A stretch of 64,000 nt of DNA from Camelus dromedarius (GCF_036321535.1 NC_087437.1:52764001-52828000), one strand, 5' to 3'; counted from the stretch's first letter, positions 27,211 to 40,430 are shown. Made by a program: numbers and translations. Notes: generated by a model from the letters alone, not told the origin.

Positions 27211-27373
27211 CCGATTCCCAACATGACGCCTGCGAGTAGACATGGGAGAATGACTATGGCTATGTCGTCTTCGATAATCTCTACTGTAAGATCTGCTACG
27301 GGATCTTCTATGGGAGCGGGACCGAGATCGTGACCTTGTATAATGCCTTCGAGAACTTCTTCTGGATCTAGAC
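27211..27373 (-). CDS. TRA2B: TRA2B exon 4 (RS1, ...[18 protein letters not shown])
   Basis: 163 nt, CAG acceptor and GTAAGA donor; overlaps ORF 27202..27393. Confidence 0.97.
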
Positions 27374-27827
27374 CTGAAAGACAAAGGATTCAAGGTTATG
27401 ATAGCTGACAGTTAAGATACAGCTTTCAATTCTTTTACTACTCTATTCTAGATTTAAAACTCCAAAGGACAGAACACACAATCCAGGCATATACTAACAT
27501 GATACCAACAATTAGGTGGGATCAAGACTTTTCTTCTGTATCTAGTCATTTCAACTCTGCTAGGAAGAGTTCCAAAACCACTGCTATCTAAAGCTCTCTT
27601 CCAACATTTCTTAAAATAATTAAGATAAAGAGAATGAATTAAACTCAGTATCTTTTGAAAATCACAAAACATGCAACATTTCATACTAGCTTGATCTGTG
27701 CCCACCTTTCCCCATCGGAATACCACCCTTTATTTTTGTTTCTTGCATTATGCCCCACCATTCGCTTAAAATCACCATCACAGTAGTTCTCTCCAGCAGT
27801 ATTAAAATCAACCAGTTGCTCTTTAAC

Positions 27828-27961
27828 TACAATGATCATATGAACTGTCATCTAAACCAGGGAGGACACACTATGAGAGAGAAAGGGAGTGCTGTTAATT
27901 ATGCCTGACAATAGGCATAAACTGGGGCTGACCTGGGCAAACCAGGAGGTATAGCCTACTC
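27828..27961. mobile_element. hAT MITE (MER81-like)
   Basis: aaaccaggg...gagagagaaaggg...ggcataaactggg...gggcaaaccagg pattern. Confidence 0.6.
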
Positions 27962-28099
27962 TTGACAAACATAAAAAAAAAAAAAAAAAAAGTGTGCTGT
28001 TAAGGCATTGTTTTATATATACATGTATGTCGTACTAGACTATACCTATTTATCAAGAATTGAAGTTACTGAAAAATCGGTATTCTGCAGTCTATTTGC

Positions 28100-28300
28100 A
28101 ATACACTAATAAGTAGTTTAAGTTACTTAAACTCAGAGTGAATCCTCACAACAATTCTGAAGAACTGGTACTGTTACTAACTTGCCTTTTAGATAAGGAA
28201 GCTAAGATTCAAAAAGGTTAGGTAATCTGCCCAAGCCAGAAAAAAATAGAGGTAAGATCTGAACCCTAACACCAAAAGCCCAGGCTCTTAACCACAATCT
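28100..28300 (-). mobile_element. MIR SINE fragment
   Basis: aatcctcacaacaa...tttagataaggaagctaagattcaaaaaggttaggtaatctgcccaag core. Confidence 0.7.
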
Positions 28301-28452
28301 TGTCTCCCAGACCTTAAGATTAAGTTCATTTCTAGTTACCACTGTTAAATAAGCCAACAAATGATCTAACCTCTCTATCTTCCTAGTTTACAAAGCACAC
28401 ACCAATTTCAAAGCTAAGAGTAACAAGATAATCCCACAACAGTCTTTCTTAC

Positions 28453-28586
28453 CTAGATTCAGATCTGGACCTGGACTTTGATCTGGAACGCCTGGAATCT
28501 TCCTTGGAGCGAGACCTTGCAGGGGTATGCCTTGCAGATTTCCCAGATCCATGAGCACTTCCACTTCTGGAAGCAGAACGGGATTC
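28453..28586 (-). CDS. TRA2B: TRA2B exon 3 (RS1 domain, [16 protein letters not shown]...)
   Basis: 134 nt, TAG acceptor, TAG|GTAAGA donor, RS-rich translation. Confidence 0.97.
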
Positions 28587-31500
28587 CTACACGTAGATGT
28601 CAAAAGTTTAATTTGTATACTTTCTGGGCAATTTTAAAAACAAATAAGCTGTGGTGAGATAAATGGTGAGGGAAAGCAATCCCCTTCCAAGATAAGAAAA
28701 CACAGGTAAGGGCAGGAACTGAATATACCTGGTATAATAGTTGCACTGCTCCAATTGACGTAAGCCAATTAACTTGAACTTCCACCCTTTTTTTGGAGCA
28801 GGGATAAGAGTTAACTGACCCCACTCTCTTCAGAAATGGGTGCCAAACAAAGCCAAACAGTTAAGGGAACTGCCCAAGGACTGTTTTGGGAATGTTACTC
28901 CATAAAAACTAGGGTGAGAAAGAACCTTATTAACTATGACACCTGTACCTTATACCTATTTCAGTCAAGTCACCAGCAATAAAAAACTCTATAAAATTCA
29001 TAAAACTTATTTAAAATGCTTTTGATTCTTTTTCATAAGACCACAGAATTTCAAGTCTTATTTACTGTTGAGTGGGGGAAAAAGACAAAGATATGTTTCA
29101 AGTCTCAGAGAAAGGTAGAAATCTAGTGGAAAGCAAGGACCAGCTTGGAGGACACTAGACCTGAAGACCCTGTCTGTCTAACCATGGTGGAAGGCCCCTA
29201 AGAATCTGAAAGCAACCAGATGGAGCTACAGTAGAAAGGCAGTCAACTGCAGAGGTAAGAACTGAGAGGGTGCCAAAGATGTACAGCTTCCTAAGTGGAG
29301 ATGAGCCAGGGCAAATGGATAGGGAACTGGAAATAAGCAGTTAGAAAAGTTACATAAAAAATATATTAAAACCAAAATAGATCAGGGGCTCTTAATGGAG
29401 GCTCAGTAAGGGAGGAAGTTCAGGAACTGTATGTTAAAACCAAAATCTAGATACTGTATACCCACAGCTTTCCCTAACAACACTGGGCTAGCTGGTAGAC
29501 AGGTAGTACAAAAAAGACCTCTAAAAGGAACTAGCAAAGAAATGGGTAAACAGGACAAGTTTATCAGTGACCAAAAGGCATGTAATTAACTAATTAGTGG
29601 GAAAAGCATAAATACAGTAAGTACTGGATCCATGGAAATATTCTGCCAAGGCACCAGAACAAATAGTGGAAAAGACAAGAGAATCCACTCAGTCTGATAG
29701 CTAACCAAGGTAATATCATGCAAGACAACCTTTATTTCAGGTTATCCAATGCAGGCAAATTAAAAGGCATTAGTTTAGTGAATCCTCCTGCCCAAGATAG
29801 AGCAGAAATAACCAGACTCAAGAATCCACATTACAATAAATCACTCTTGGGGTTAAGAATCAATGTTGAAGCTGCATAAAAGTTATCGTAAGAGACCTCC
29901 TTATGTGGTAGACCTTCAGAATACTCTGGCCATTCTTGAAAAGATAGAAGATATGAACTTATTTTAAATCACAGACCATTTTATAGAGTATGTTCTGTGA
30001 CCTATAGCATAGTGGAAAAAATTTGGAAGATCCTTCTTATGATGCTGAGGGATCAAATTCATATGCAACACAGAAAAGACAAATTAAAGCTTGAAGTTTA
30101 GAACACAGAAGAGTAATTCAGCAGGCAAAGTGAGTTCTGGTCTCTACACTTAAAACAACTCTAGAAACTTTCCAGTAAGATTCCCAAGTTATTATAAAAC
30201 ATGTTGTGAAGTGACATGAAATGTGACAGCCTCCTCTCCTTTCCACCATAAGTTAGTAAAGAGATTCCAAGAAAAAAATGGCATTCCTCATTATTAAGGG
30301 TAATAACAGCTGCTTTGGACATTAAGGAATAATTAAAAGATACACTATGGCTTTAGGGACCCCAGTTAACAATCCCTTGGCTTTCTCTGGCAAATATTCT
30401 GAACACTCAAACATTTAAAAGCACAATTCACCTCCTTCTCTCCTTGGACAAAGAAGTTCTCAAAAATGGGGGGTACATTTTCTGCCATCATTACAACAGA
30501 CAAAAGCTAATCTAGAAGAGAAGGTAGAAATAGGGACCCCAAAGTTACTTACTAAACGCCTTTGTTTATTCCAATGCTAGAAAGATTACTTCATAGAATG
30601 ATTATAACCTTTAATGGAAAAACAGAGATAACAACTTACTCTGGCAGGGAGAAAATATGGGTGCCTTACAGTAAGAGTTAAAAGATAACCAATACAGTAA
30701 CTGTAGTTAATAGAAATCAGTCTAGGGATCTGAAAAAGGCAGAGAGAGTAGAAAATCAAGATCATCTTTTAAGCCTCTTGCTTCATTAATAGAAAAGTCT
30801 TTTTCCAAGCTCAGATGCTTTATCAGCCTGTCCAGCAAGAGAGAGGAGAAAGTACTTCTTGCCTAGGAATAAACCTTAATGAGGTTTCCCCATGAAAATT
30901 CGAGCAGATCAAGGGTCCAAGTTATAGTATTTATGAAATTATATTAAGACTTTTCACTCAACCTCTAAAACTAATTGGCTATACGCAGATGCATTTTGTG
31001 AGCAATCTTTTCTTAGATCAGGAAAAAAACAGAATGCAAAGGCTTTCCCTTCTGTACTGACATTAGGCTAACACAGAAACAATGCTTCCACTTCCTACCT
31101 TTTTTTGTCAGGGAGAGTCTTAATGTTAAAACCTTTTGTAATTATGTTGGCCATTAGCTGGTTTGGAAATATATGCAAGGATATTTAGCCTGTCTAAAAG
31201 AAAAGACACCCAAAATTATTAGCCAAATATAAAAACATAAAGTTAACTTTAAATCTTAGCCCTTAGTCCAAGGTCAAATCTGTAAAAACAGCTAAGAAAG
31301 CCCCTACACAAGGAGAATTCAAAGTCTACTCTCAGGGCCGACAAAACTATTAACTGTCAACATACTAAAAACCTACTAAAAGAAGCCCTACCCTGAACAT
31401 CAATACCTCAAGGAAAAGGGTCATAAACTTAAAGTTAGCATGAAAAACAGAAAAGGGAAAAATTCCCCATAAATGGTTCAGGGAATCAAGTTCTTATAGA

Positions 31501-33573
31501 TTGGACCTTAAGTCATATACTTATATACAACCTACAGGGAACACATCAGGTAAAAACAAACTCAGCCTTCCAACAAAATACCAACCTGTATCTCCCTGTT
31601 CTGAGAATGGCAGTATCTTACAAAAACCTTTTGAAAGATGCCAGAAGTGGGGAAAACCATCCAATTGCTAGGTTTCTCGTATTTTAAAAACTGGATGAAG
31701 TGAACTAGATTTTGAACAGTGGCTCCTACAGGTATACAGTAATCCTATCTAGCATTTGAAAAGAGATCCCTAACTAGAGCTTATTTCAGCAGGTCTGGAG
31801 TTAGTTGGGCATTTTTCCTTTCTTTAAACTTACCACACGTTTAATTATGCTTCCTATCTGAATTTTTCTTGGCAAAGGCATTTTCCCTGGAAACTTGTTT
31901 TCTGCCATCTTCTCTGTCCTACCTGCTCCTTGGCATTAATCAGCCCTCCTGGGACATGTACCTTATAGCTTGCCTGAACACAAGAGTCCTGTTTCCACCT
32001 TATCCTCCTGGCAGGGAGTGAAAGGAGACACACTCAGAATCAAAGATGCTTTGCCCAGGGCAGTGGGGGAAGCTGGGTGGAGAGAAAACCTGAATGGATG
32101 ATGCTCCACTAGCATCAACGTTTATTTTTGCTTTACATCTTTCCAGTTTGGGCCATATAATCAAATTCCGAATTGCTTCTCTCCCTTTGAGGTATAACAA
32201 GTATTTTCTCTTTTGGTTCCCAAGGAACTTTCAGGTCTCCTGATAAAAGAATCCATGTATTTATATCACTTTTGCTTTAACTTTCTACCTAAATTGTAAG
32301 TAATTTTGAATGAAAAATTAACATTATCTAATTTAATGTTATGAGTTTGTATGTGGCAAATTTTAGAAAGCAATAATTGGGGCAAAGCAAATGCTGGAAA
32401 CTACATCACCTATAAACGGGAGTAATTTTCTTGCTTGTAAGATAGGAAAAAAATTTTAAGCACAAATTTTACACTAACAATAGGCCCTAATGTCTCAGAA
32501 AATGAATCCTTCTAGAACGTCTTTTAAGTCACTTTTCCCCCCAAGAGCTCTATGTCTGACAATTCTTGGAAAGCTTTTTAGGTTTTCATTTCAAGGAGAA
32601 GTGATATTCTTGGCTTTCTCAACAGAGCAGAATACTACTGAGTATTATTTTGACACACATACTCATCCCATCCAACTGAGGCTAACAACACTGCACCAAT
32701 CATTTGACTCCTCTACTCAGCTAAAACAGAGTAAAACACACAGAAGGGGAAACGACAAGAACTTTCGGGTCTGTTTTCCCAGTAAGTGGTGGGAGTGAAG
32801 AACTAGATATAGCTACTTAATGATCTACACCTCTCACATCATTTTAACAGTTAAGTGTTAATAGCAGAAAATGAGAAAAGGGAATAAAGCTGATTTATGA
32901 ATAAAGCACCTATTACTGCCACTTTTGAGTTAGATATTCTGTTCACTTTTGTGACCTACCTCATTCTAAGGGAAGCCCCTATAATTTTTTTATCAGTAAC
33001 CTTAGTCATTCAGCTGGAATATATGCATTAAACAGAAAAGAATTAAGAATCATGTGAATTTAGCATACATGCATCTTAAAGGTAGGGCCTAAGTGGTCAT
33101 AGCTTTCCACTATTGCCATCTAGGAAAAAAAAATTAGTGTTTTTATAAATGCCAAAAGGAACTATCCTGTTGAATGCTTTGCTTGGATTTTGGGGGTTTG
33201 CTTCTGTAAACATCCTTCTTTAGGAAAACTCTGAGGGTGGGGTAGTGGCACAGACCACCAGCCCCAACTCCAGAGGTACTCACTCATCATGACCCAGGAC
33301 TAGCAGAGCTAGACAGATGAAAAATCTAAAGGAGACAACATGAAGTCAGCTGTTACCCAAACTAGAGAGCTCATTCCTGCCTATTTGACTACAAAGTATT
33401 ATTTTAAGTTGCATTTCAATCATTTGACTAAGAAGTTAAAATAAGAATTACCTAATTTAAACGTTTCCCCTGGAAGGCACTTCTTTACCCTGTATATATT
33501 TTCTTCTATTAAACAAATAATGCATGCATGTTTAGCAAAATATACAGGGACACATAAACAGACTAGTAATTAC

Positions 33574-33849
33574 TTAGCGTAGTGCTTTCTGATTCCAGAT
33601 TACTTCTTATCTTAACTTCATTTTTATTTCTTTTCTTCATTCTTCCGTTTCAAATTCTGACTTCTTTCATCTTCCCCACTTCACACAAATTGCTCAATAT
33701 TCTACAAGTGGGACTTCTGGTCTGATAATTAGCATGCATTCTTTCTTTTATTTTTTCAAATTTCAGCTTCACTTATTCCTGAGCTTCAAATACTCATTTA
33801 TAAAACTTGTCAAATGACGACTTCCGCATTTTCCTTCTTCAACATTAAC
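33574..33849 (-). other. TRA2B: TRA2B poison (NMD-inducing) cassette exon 2, 276 nt
   Basis: AAG acceptor at 33850-51, donor TAA|GTAATT; in frame after exon 1 reads VNVEEGKCGSRHLTSFINEYLKLRNK then TGA at 33769-71; GAA/AGAA-rich; size matches the known human exon. Confidence 0.95.
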
Positions 33850-36800
33850 CTTAATAGAAAAAGAACAGGATGAAGAATATTTTAAAACTCCAGGATAAAA
33901 TCCAGTGCCAAAACTGAAACTAGAAAAAAAAAATCCCTTTTGATGTTTTTGGATTTTTAGAAAAACTAGAATATGCACCTCAAAAAACTGAAACTAGTTT
34001 CCTGTTGGTTCATATATATAGTAATCAAATCTCATTTGTCTACTCCAAGTAGATTTATCATGCTTAAGCTGAATGTGAAGTGCACGACTGAACATTTACT
34101 GTTCATCTAACACTTTAAGAGCTATGATTACATTTCACACTTCTTATTGTATTTATCAATAGAAAATATACTAAGTGTCAAAAGCACATCTCTAGTCAAA
34201 AAGTGACATATTAATACAAAAGTGCAACAAAGGAAGGCACGGACAATTCATTTGCACAATGATAACAAGGCTCAGGGTTGAAGAGGCTTAACATATTGTG
34301 ACTCATCTAGATAAGATCAAGAATGTATTTAATGCCACATTTTTGTACTGCATAAAGAGTTCTGTAGAAAAACAATGTAAGGGAATCTGAAAATTTGGAC
34401 TATAGTGTTTAACCCACCCCTAGAAAGCTGCTCTAGTGAGATTTTATAAATGATCCAACCTACTAAATTTAGAACTAAAATCATAAAAAGACAAAATCAA
34501 GTCAACCGACTATATGCAAATAGCTATGAAGGAAGCAGAACGAACTTGAATCCAACAATGGTGTTTTCGAAGATTTTTGGTAACCCCCCCAAATGAATAT
34601 TGTTAAAATCTTCTGCAGTTCAAAGGAGCAATCCTACTTTTAAAGGTGGCAATATTGGGAGAAAAATTATAGCTCACCTACTGAAATTATTAAAAAGACT
34701 CAGTAACATTTAACAGATCAATAGTGTCTACTGAACACCCTAAACAAATACTGCCCTCATAAAACATCCTAGTCTTCCTGCACTGCACCATATGATCTTC
34801 CATTTCACTGTTAACAGTTTCCTCATAGTTCTAATTTTCTTTCTGAAAATAAAACTTTCTTAAAAAGAATCTTACTTATCTGATCACAAAGACAACCATG
34901 CATGGCTCTGGTGAAATGCTGTGATGTCTTTTCTAAGAGGGTAAGATAATTTTCAGCCTAGTTTTTCAAAGTCAATTATTGCGTATTTAATGCAGGGAAA
35001 AATTTAAATAGCCTTTTTATTTAAGGGAGTCACAGTAATTGGTTTTCTTTTAATATCCATCACTAAAATGTAATGGGATACGTTTACTGGCAGCACAAAT
35101 GTAATCGTGGAATCAGAATGCCCAAGCAGGTTTTCTCTTAAGGCCTCCTAAAATTTGTATACAGATACAGGGCTTAGATGCAGAAGATACTGGAATAGCG
35201 GCCAAAGCTCCAGAAATCACAACTTGTCAATATGGATGCCTTCCTGCTGTTATTTCATCACCCTCTCCCAACCTTCTTCCTTTTATATTCAAAGAACAAA
35301 ATAAGCTGCTAGATAATGTAAATATTAGGTTCATTTAAACGCATCTAAGTTCAAGTGGCCACTTAATGAAACCAGAAGAGCAACAACTAACGTTATTATT
35401 GACATATGGTTAAGAGGTCCTACTTAAAATTGTTCCATCACAAACAGAATTTTTGTTAAAATGATTTCAGGGGTTACAACTGGAATTCATATAACATCAA
35501 AAACATAGGCAAACTCAGGTTGATTGACAAGGTAATATTCTAAAAACTGGGAGGGGCCAAAGAAAAACTCACTGATTCTGTTATAAAGATCAATGCTCAT
35601 ATCAACATTAAGAACTATTTTATTTTTTCTGCAGCTAAACTCTACTAGAGGGTTGGCTAGATTAAAAAAAAATCCTCAAAGACTGAGAATACTTTCTGAA
35701 AAAACTATCATCTGACATACCTAAACCAGCTCTTAAGTCCATCTTTCAAAAAATCTCTTGCAGAAGCAGTAGACTCTATTTACATTCATAAAACATTTGG
35801 TGCTTTCCAGCAAAAGTGCAAGTTCAGTTCTACTTTTCCAGAAGACTACCTTTTATTCTAAGCACAAAAATCAATGCAAAAAGGGGTCCTCATCCATGCT
35901 GTTACATTCAGCAATCTTACTGATAAAATTCAGAAAATAACCTCCAAAACCCAATTCAAAGCAAAGATTTTTGAGCATTTGTACTCTAGTTTGTTATAAA
36001 GACCTCCTCCCCCACGGCTGCTTAAAAACAAGACTAAATCACAATACCTAATTCTACCATGACCCACACCGCAAAATACTAAATTGGATCAAACACCTGA
36101 AATTCCCAAACATCACCACCTCATCACTGTATCTTTTAAACAATACAATTATGTGTAAAAACTGACCAACATAACACACAATACTAAGGCTCAAAAGATA
36201 TATACAGTTGTAGCACTACCCTTCTCTTGGGCAAAATGTGCACTATGAAGTATTAATACTTATCCCTTAAGCTTTGGGTTTTATTGGAGCTAAGAAGGGG
36301 GAATGGCTGTATAAGGTGAATTCCATTCAACACATCTCATTATCTGAACTCCTGTTCAACCTTTGACAGACAAAGCTGGTAGTACTTACCTTGTAATCAC
36401 TTGTAATTTCAGTTTCAAAATGCCACCTTCTAGGTCCAGACCATATCCACAATATTTAAAAGTCTTAGTTAAAACCAAGAAAAACATTCTTCCACCTGGT
36501 TTCAAAAGATTTGTACCTAACCAGACTCACAGTGAAACAAAACAATGTGAACTATTTCCTCCCACCCAAAATTAATTCAATACTTTAAAGAAACTTGGTG
36601 CAATGGCTACAATCCTTTAGGAAGAAACAGACTGAGAAGTTTCAGTTTTGAAAATTCAAATTTAGAGTTAAGAGCTAAAAACAAAGAACTGGGAAAAAAA
36701 AAAAACAAACCCCAAGATTAAGCAGAAGAGAAAAACTGCAGAATCTGAAAAGCAGTTTGATGGAATGGTATCCAGATGCTATTTATCTCCATAGAGAATA

Positions 36801-39539
36801 AGACTAAAGATAATATACCTATATTGCAAACACATTACTTCTACAAAAAATAAGCAATATTCTATCAGTGTTTATTGTAATACTGATAGTGACAAGTTAA
36901 AATGATGTGGTCTAAAAAGCATTTCCTTACTTAGTTTCTGGATTCTCTAGGTAAAGACCCACTTGTAGAAGCTAAAGAAATTAGGAGGATAGGACATTAC
37001 AAGGTGCCAAGACCCAACATTCAAACCTCACCATACCCTAAACACTGTGACGGTTACTGGGCTGTAAGATTTATCACTCCCTCAACATTACCATGCAACA
37101 CTAAACCTAGCTACGAACTCTATCATGTTCTTATTCTTCCATATTGTGAAATGACATAACTGCTAGCTAAGAAAGTCCCCTTTTCCCAAAAGTGCTAGTC
37201 AACCTCTTGGGGGTGGAGAGGAGAGGCAATTTTGGGCAACTACTGGAAGAAACTTTAATTTAGAAATTAAAAATATTTTACTTTACATGGGTATGACCAT
37301 ATCAGGGAAATTAGCTTTAATTAGGAACAAATCTTCAATTTAAATCTATCAACTCTGACAAGGAAAATCCGATATAGGTAAAATGTAGATTCTAACAGTG
37401 TGAAATGAACAACAAAAATTCAGGAACGCATACACTGCACATTTAAAAGACAAGGGAACACAAAGAACTGCATCTCTGAGTGCCAATATTCACAGTAAGT
37501 ACACTAAGAACAATCAGGATAATTTATTCCCCATTCGTACCACTCCCCTCTCCACTCCCGTCTGTTTTAGGAAGACAACTTCTAAAGTCTAAAGGAGCGA
37601 GGGAAAAAACATTTCCAGAGCTACTGATGGGGGTGGAGAATTCCAGCTGAACTGAAAAGATGTCAGTGACATTAACACTAACTGATTAGACCTCTAAGTA
37701 TTAGTGACCTACATTAACAATTTGGAGTGTTTGAAAGCTTAAGAGTGGAATGAAAGTAATTTTTCAGGCTCCAGAGAAGCTATTCATACCAGGTCATGTC
37801 CAAGATCATCATCCTGAATGCAACGTTTCCCCATACCGTTTTTAGGCACTTTCAAAAGTTTTTAACAATCAGACCCAACTGTTGTACCTAGTGTTTTTTT
37901 TATAGGACTGTATTTAAACTGCAGTATTGAGCTTTATGGTTTTGGCAAGCATTTTTTGAGAGTCCAAACCTGTTTTTTTTTAGGGCTATTCTAACCACTT
38001 CAGGTTCCAATACACCAACTTGAAAGCAATCTACACACAAAATAAACACCAAACAAAACTATGTGGAGATATTCTACAACTTCAAAGTCCAGAAATCTCT
38101 TCCAGGAAATCAAGACTCTTATTTAAGACAAAAATACCAATTTTTAACACGTAGTTTTAATTTATAACTTTCTTTTCACAAGAATTTAGTGAATATCCGT
38201 TTTATGGAACAGGATATGAGAAACACTAGGATATATATCCTAATAGAAAATGCCAGTTCAAAAATTTGATTAGTTGGAGGACAATGTCTCTTGACCTGTC
38301 TCAATCAAGAACCTAATTCCTGGAATTGTTTCCTCCTTTAAATAAAATATAACTTCCTTTAGACAATTTTTCACCTTCACAAGCACACCATCACAAGTAA
38401 CTCAGGTTTATTCAACTTGAGAGTCCTCCAGTCAGAGACCCTTCTGTGCTCTCAAAACAACAGTAATTTTAGTAACTTTAGACCTTAAAAATTAACATTT
38501 GTTTCCCAGTCCAAATACCGATGCCTAGTTTCAACAGTATATTCAACTGGCAGAAACCATAAGCCACAACTTTAATAACTTGTGAGTTTGATCCAAGCTT
38601 TCTTACCCTAAGAAAGCTTAAACGATCCCACACACTGGTGATAGTGGATCAATTCTTACGGAAAGGAAAAACAGCCAACATTCATCTGAATAGGTAAAAG
38701 CGGAGCCTGATTAGTTCAAATAAAATCAACCAGATTTGGTTCCAAAGCTGCACCGTAAATTCACTAAGATTCCAAGAGTTAAGATAAAAGTTTCTAATAA
38801 TGCCCCTGTAATGAACCACCTAAAATCCGTTTTATAAGTTTGCTAAAATATTTCAAGATTTACCTGAAAATAACAGGTAACAGACGGTAAAGACACGCAG
38901 TTTAATCCTATCAAGTTAAAAAAATCAAATCAAATTCTATGGGGCTTTTTATTACCCTTTTCCTAACAAATCTCCTTAACCTCCAAATATTGAAGATTCT
39001 GGCAAGCCTTACATTTTTGCCTGTTTATACCCACAGCCCTGCAACCAAGCTTTATTTTACATCATGCTTTCAAAGCTCGGGAACTGTCTTTATTTCTGCA
39101 GTTTATTCAACCCTTACCGAACTCCACATTTCGGAATGGAGACTTAAAGTGTACCAACACAAGTCGTGGCTCACTGAGTCTGAATGTCTCAAAACAAAGG
39201 AAACAACGTCGCCATGAATTGTTGCCCGCCAATTTCTCCTCCATCCTCCGGTGGGGAAAATATCTACTTCATAAAACGAGAAAATCCCAGCGACTTCGCG
39301 ATCCACTTGGCACCGACAACGAATTTTGGTCTAAAAGCCCTTTCAGTATCAAAGAAAAGCACTCCACTTAGGTCGAACAAAGCCCGCGCGCAATTCCCTC
39401 AAACTAACGGGCCCAGAACTCAAGTCTACCTCAGACGAGATTTCCCCACCCTAAAGATACCCCAGTAAGACCCTCGATTCCATCCCTTCGGGGCCCATAG
39501 GAAGGCCCTGTCTCAATCTAAATACCAAGCGAAAGACCC

Positions 39540-40430
39540 CAATTCACACTGCGGGTCCGCCTCCGTCCCCGGCGGCGGGTCGCGCCCGCGTTGACGCGCG
39601 GCTCCTCCGCCATTTTGTGCCTCTGGCAGCGCGCCCAGCCCGCCAGCCCAAGATGGCTGCAACGAGGCTTCGCAGGAGAGCAACGGCGAAACTAGATACC
39701 GCTCCCCTCCCCCACCGCCGAGGGGACGCAGCGGCCATTTTTAATCTCTCCCCCTGTTATAACGGAAAAAACCGCCGTTTCGGGTACGGGGCCACCAAAA
39801 CCCGCCGGCGGCCTCCTTCACGACTAAAGCGACTACCCACAAGGGCTCTTCAATCCCTGACTCCCATCCTTCCCGGCCTCAGACTTCGGAGCCTAAGTCG
39901 CCCCGGTCTCCCGCTCCGAGGCCGACGGGCCTGGAAAGAGATAAGAGAAGCTGGGAACCACACAGCCGCCCCCTGCACCGGCCCTACGTACCCGCTCGCC
40001 GTAGTTCTGCTCGCCGCTGTCGCTCATGACTCCTATCTGCCTTCGCCGCTCGATGTGCTTCAATCGAAGCTGCCAACCTCTTGCGCCTTCTGTCTAGAGG
40101 CTCCGCCGCAGCCTCGCACCACGCAGTGGTTCCTGAGCCGCTGAGAAGCGAAGCGCTCCGTACCGCCTCCGCACGGGCTCTAAGTCTCCCGGATATGACG
40201 CGGCGCTCTTTAACCAGGCCCCACCCCTTCCCAGAAGGCGCGCTTTCTTGGCTCCACCCCCTCGCTCCCCGCTTTCCCTTTCCAGCAGTGGCTCGTCCCG
40301 AACCGGACGTGACGTAAGCACCGCCCCTCGCGCAGCGCTAACCCCATCTCCGGGTTTCTCTGAGGCGGGAAAGTAAGCGCGCCTCAGTGGTGGTCGTCAT
40401 GGAGCATAGTGAAGTCACCCGCCGCGCCTC
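39540..40430 (-). promoter_or_regulatory. TRA2B: TRA2B CpG island and promoter (exon 1, 5' UTR, proximal intron 1)
   Basis: Very high GC and CpG density; CRE-like TGACGTAA at 40310-40317; GC boxes; YY1 motifs at 39607, 39649 and 39731. Confidence 0.9.
39992..40027 (-). CDS. TRA2B: TRA2B coding exon 1 (MSDSGEQNYGER)
   Basis: ATG at 40027, 36 nt, donor CGG|GTACGT; peptide matches the Tra2-beta N-terminus as I recall it; lies in a CpG island. Confidence 0.98.

Noticed and set aside
35113..35261. Possible intronic C/D snoRNA (minus-strand GTGATGA ... CTGA)
   Set aside because: No convincing terminal stem, long spacing between boxes and no recognisable guide sequence; such short boxes occur by chance.
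39617..40144. 175-aa plus-strand ORF antisense to TRA2B exon 1
   Set aside because: Non-ATG start and Arg/Pro/Ala-rich composition expected from a stop-poor CpG island; no domain.
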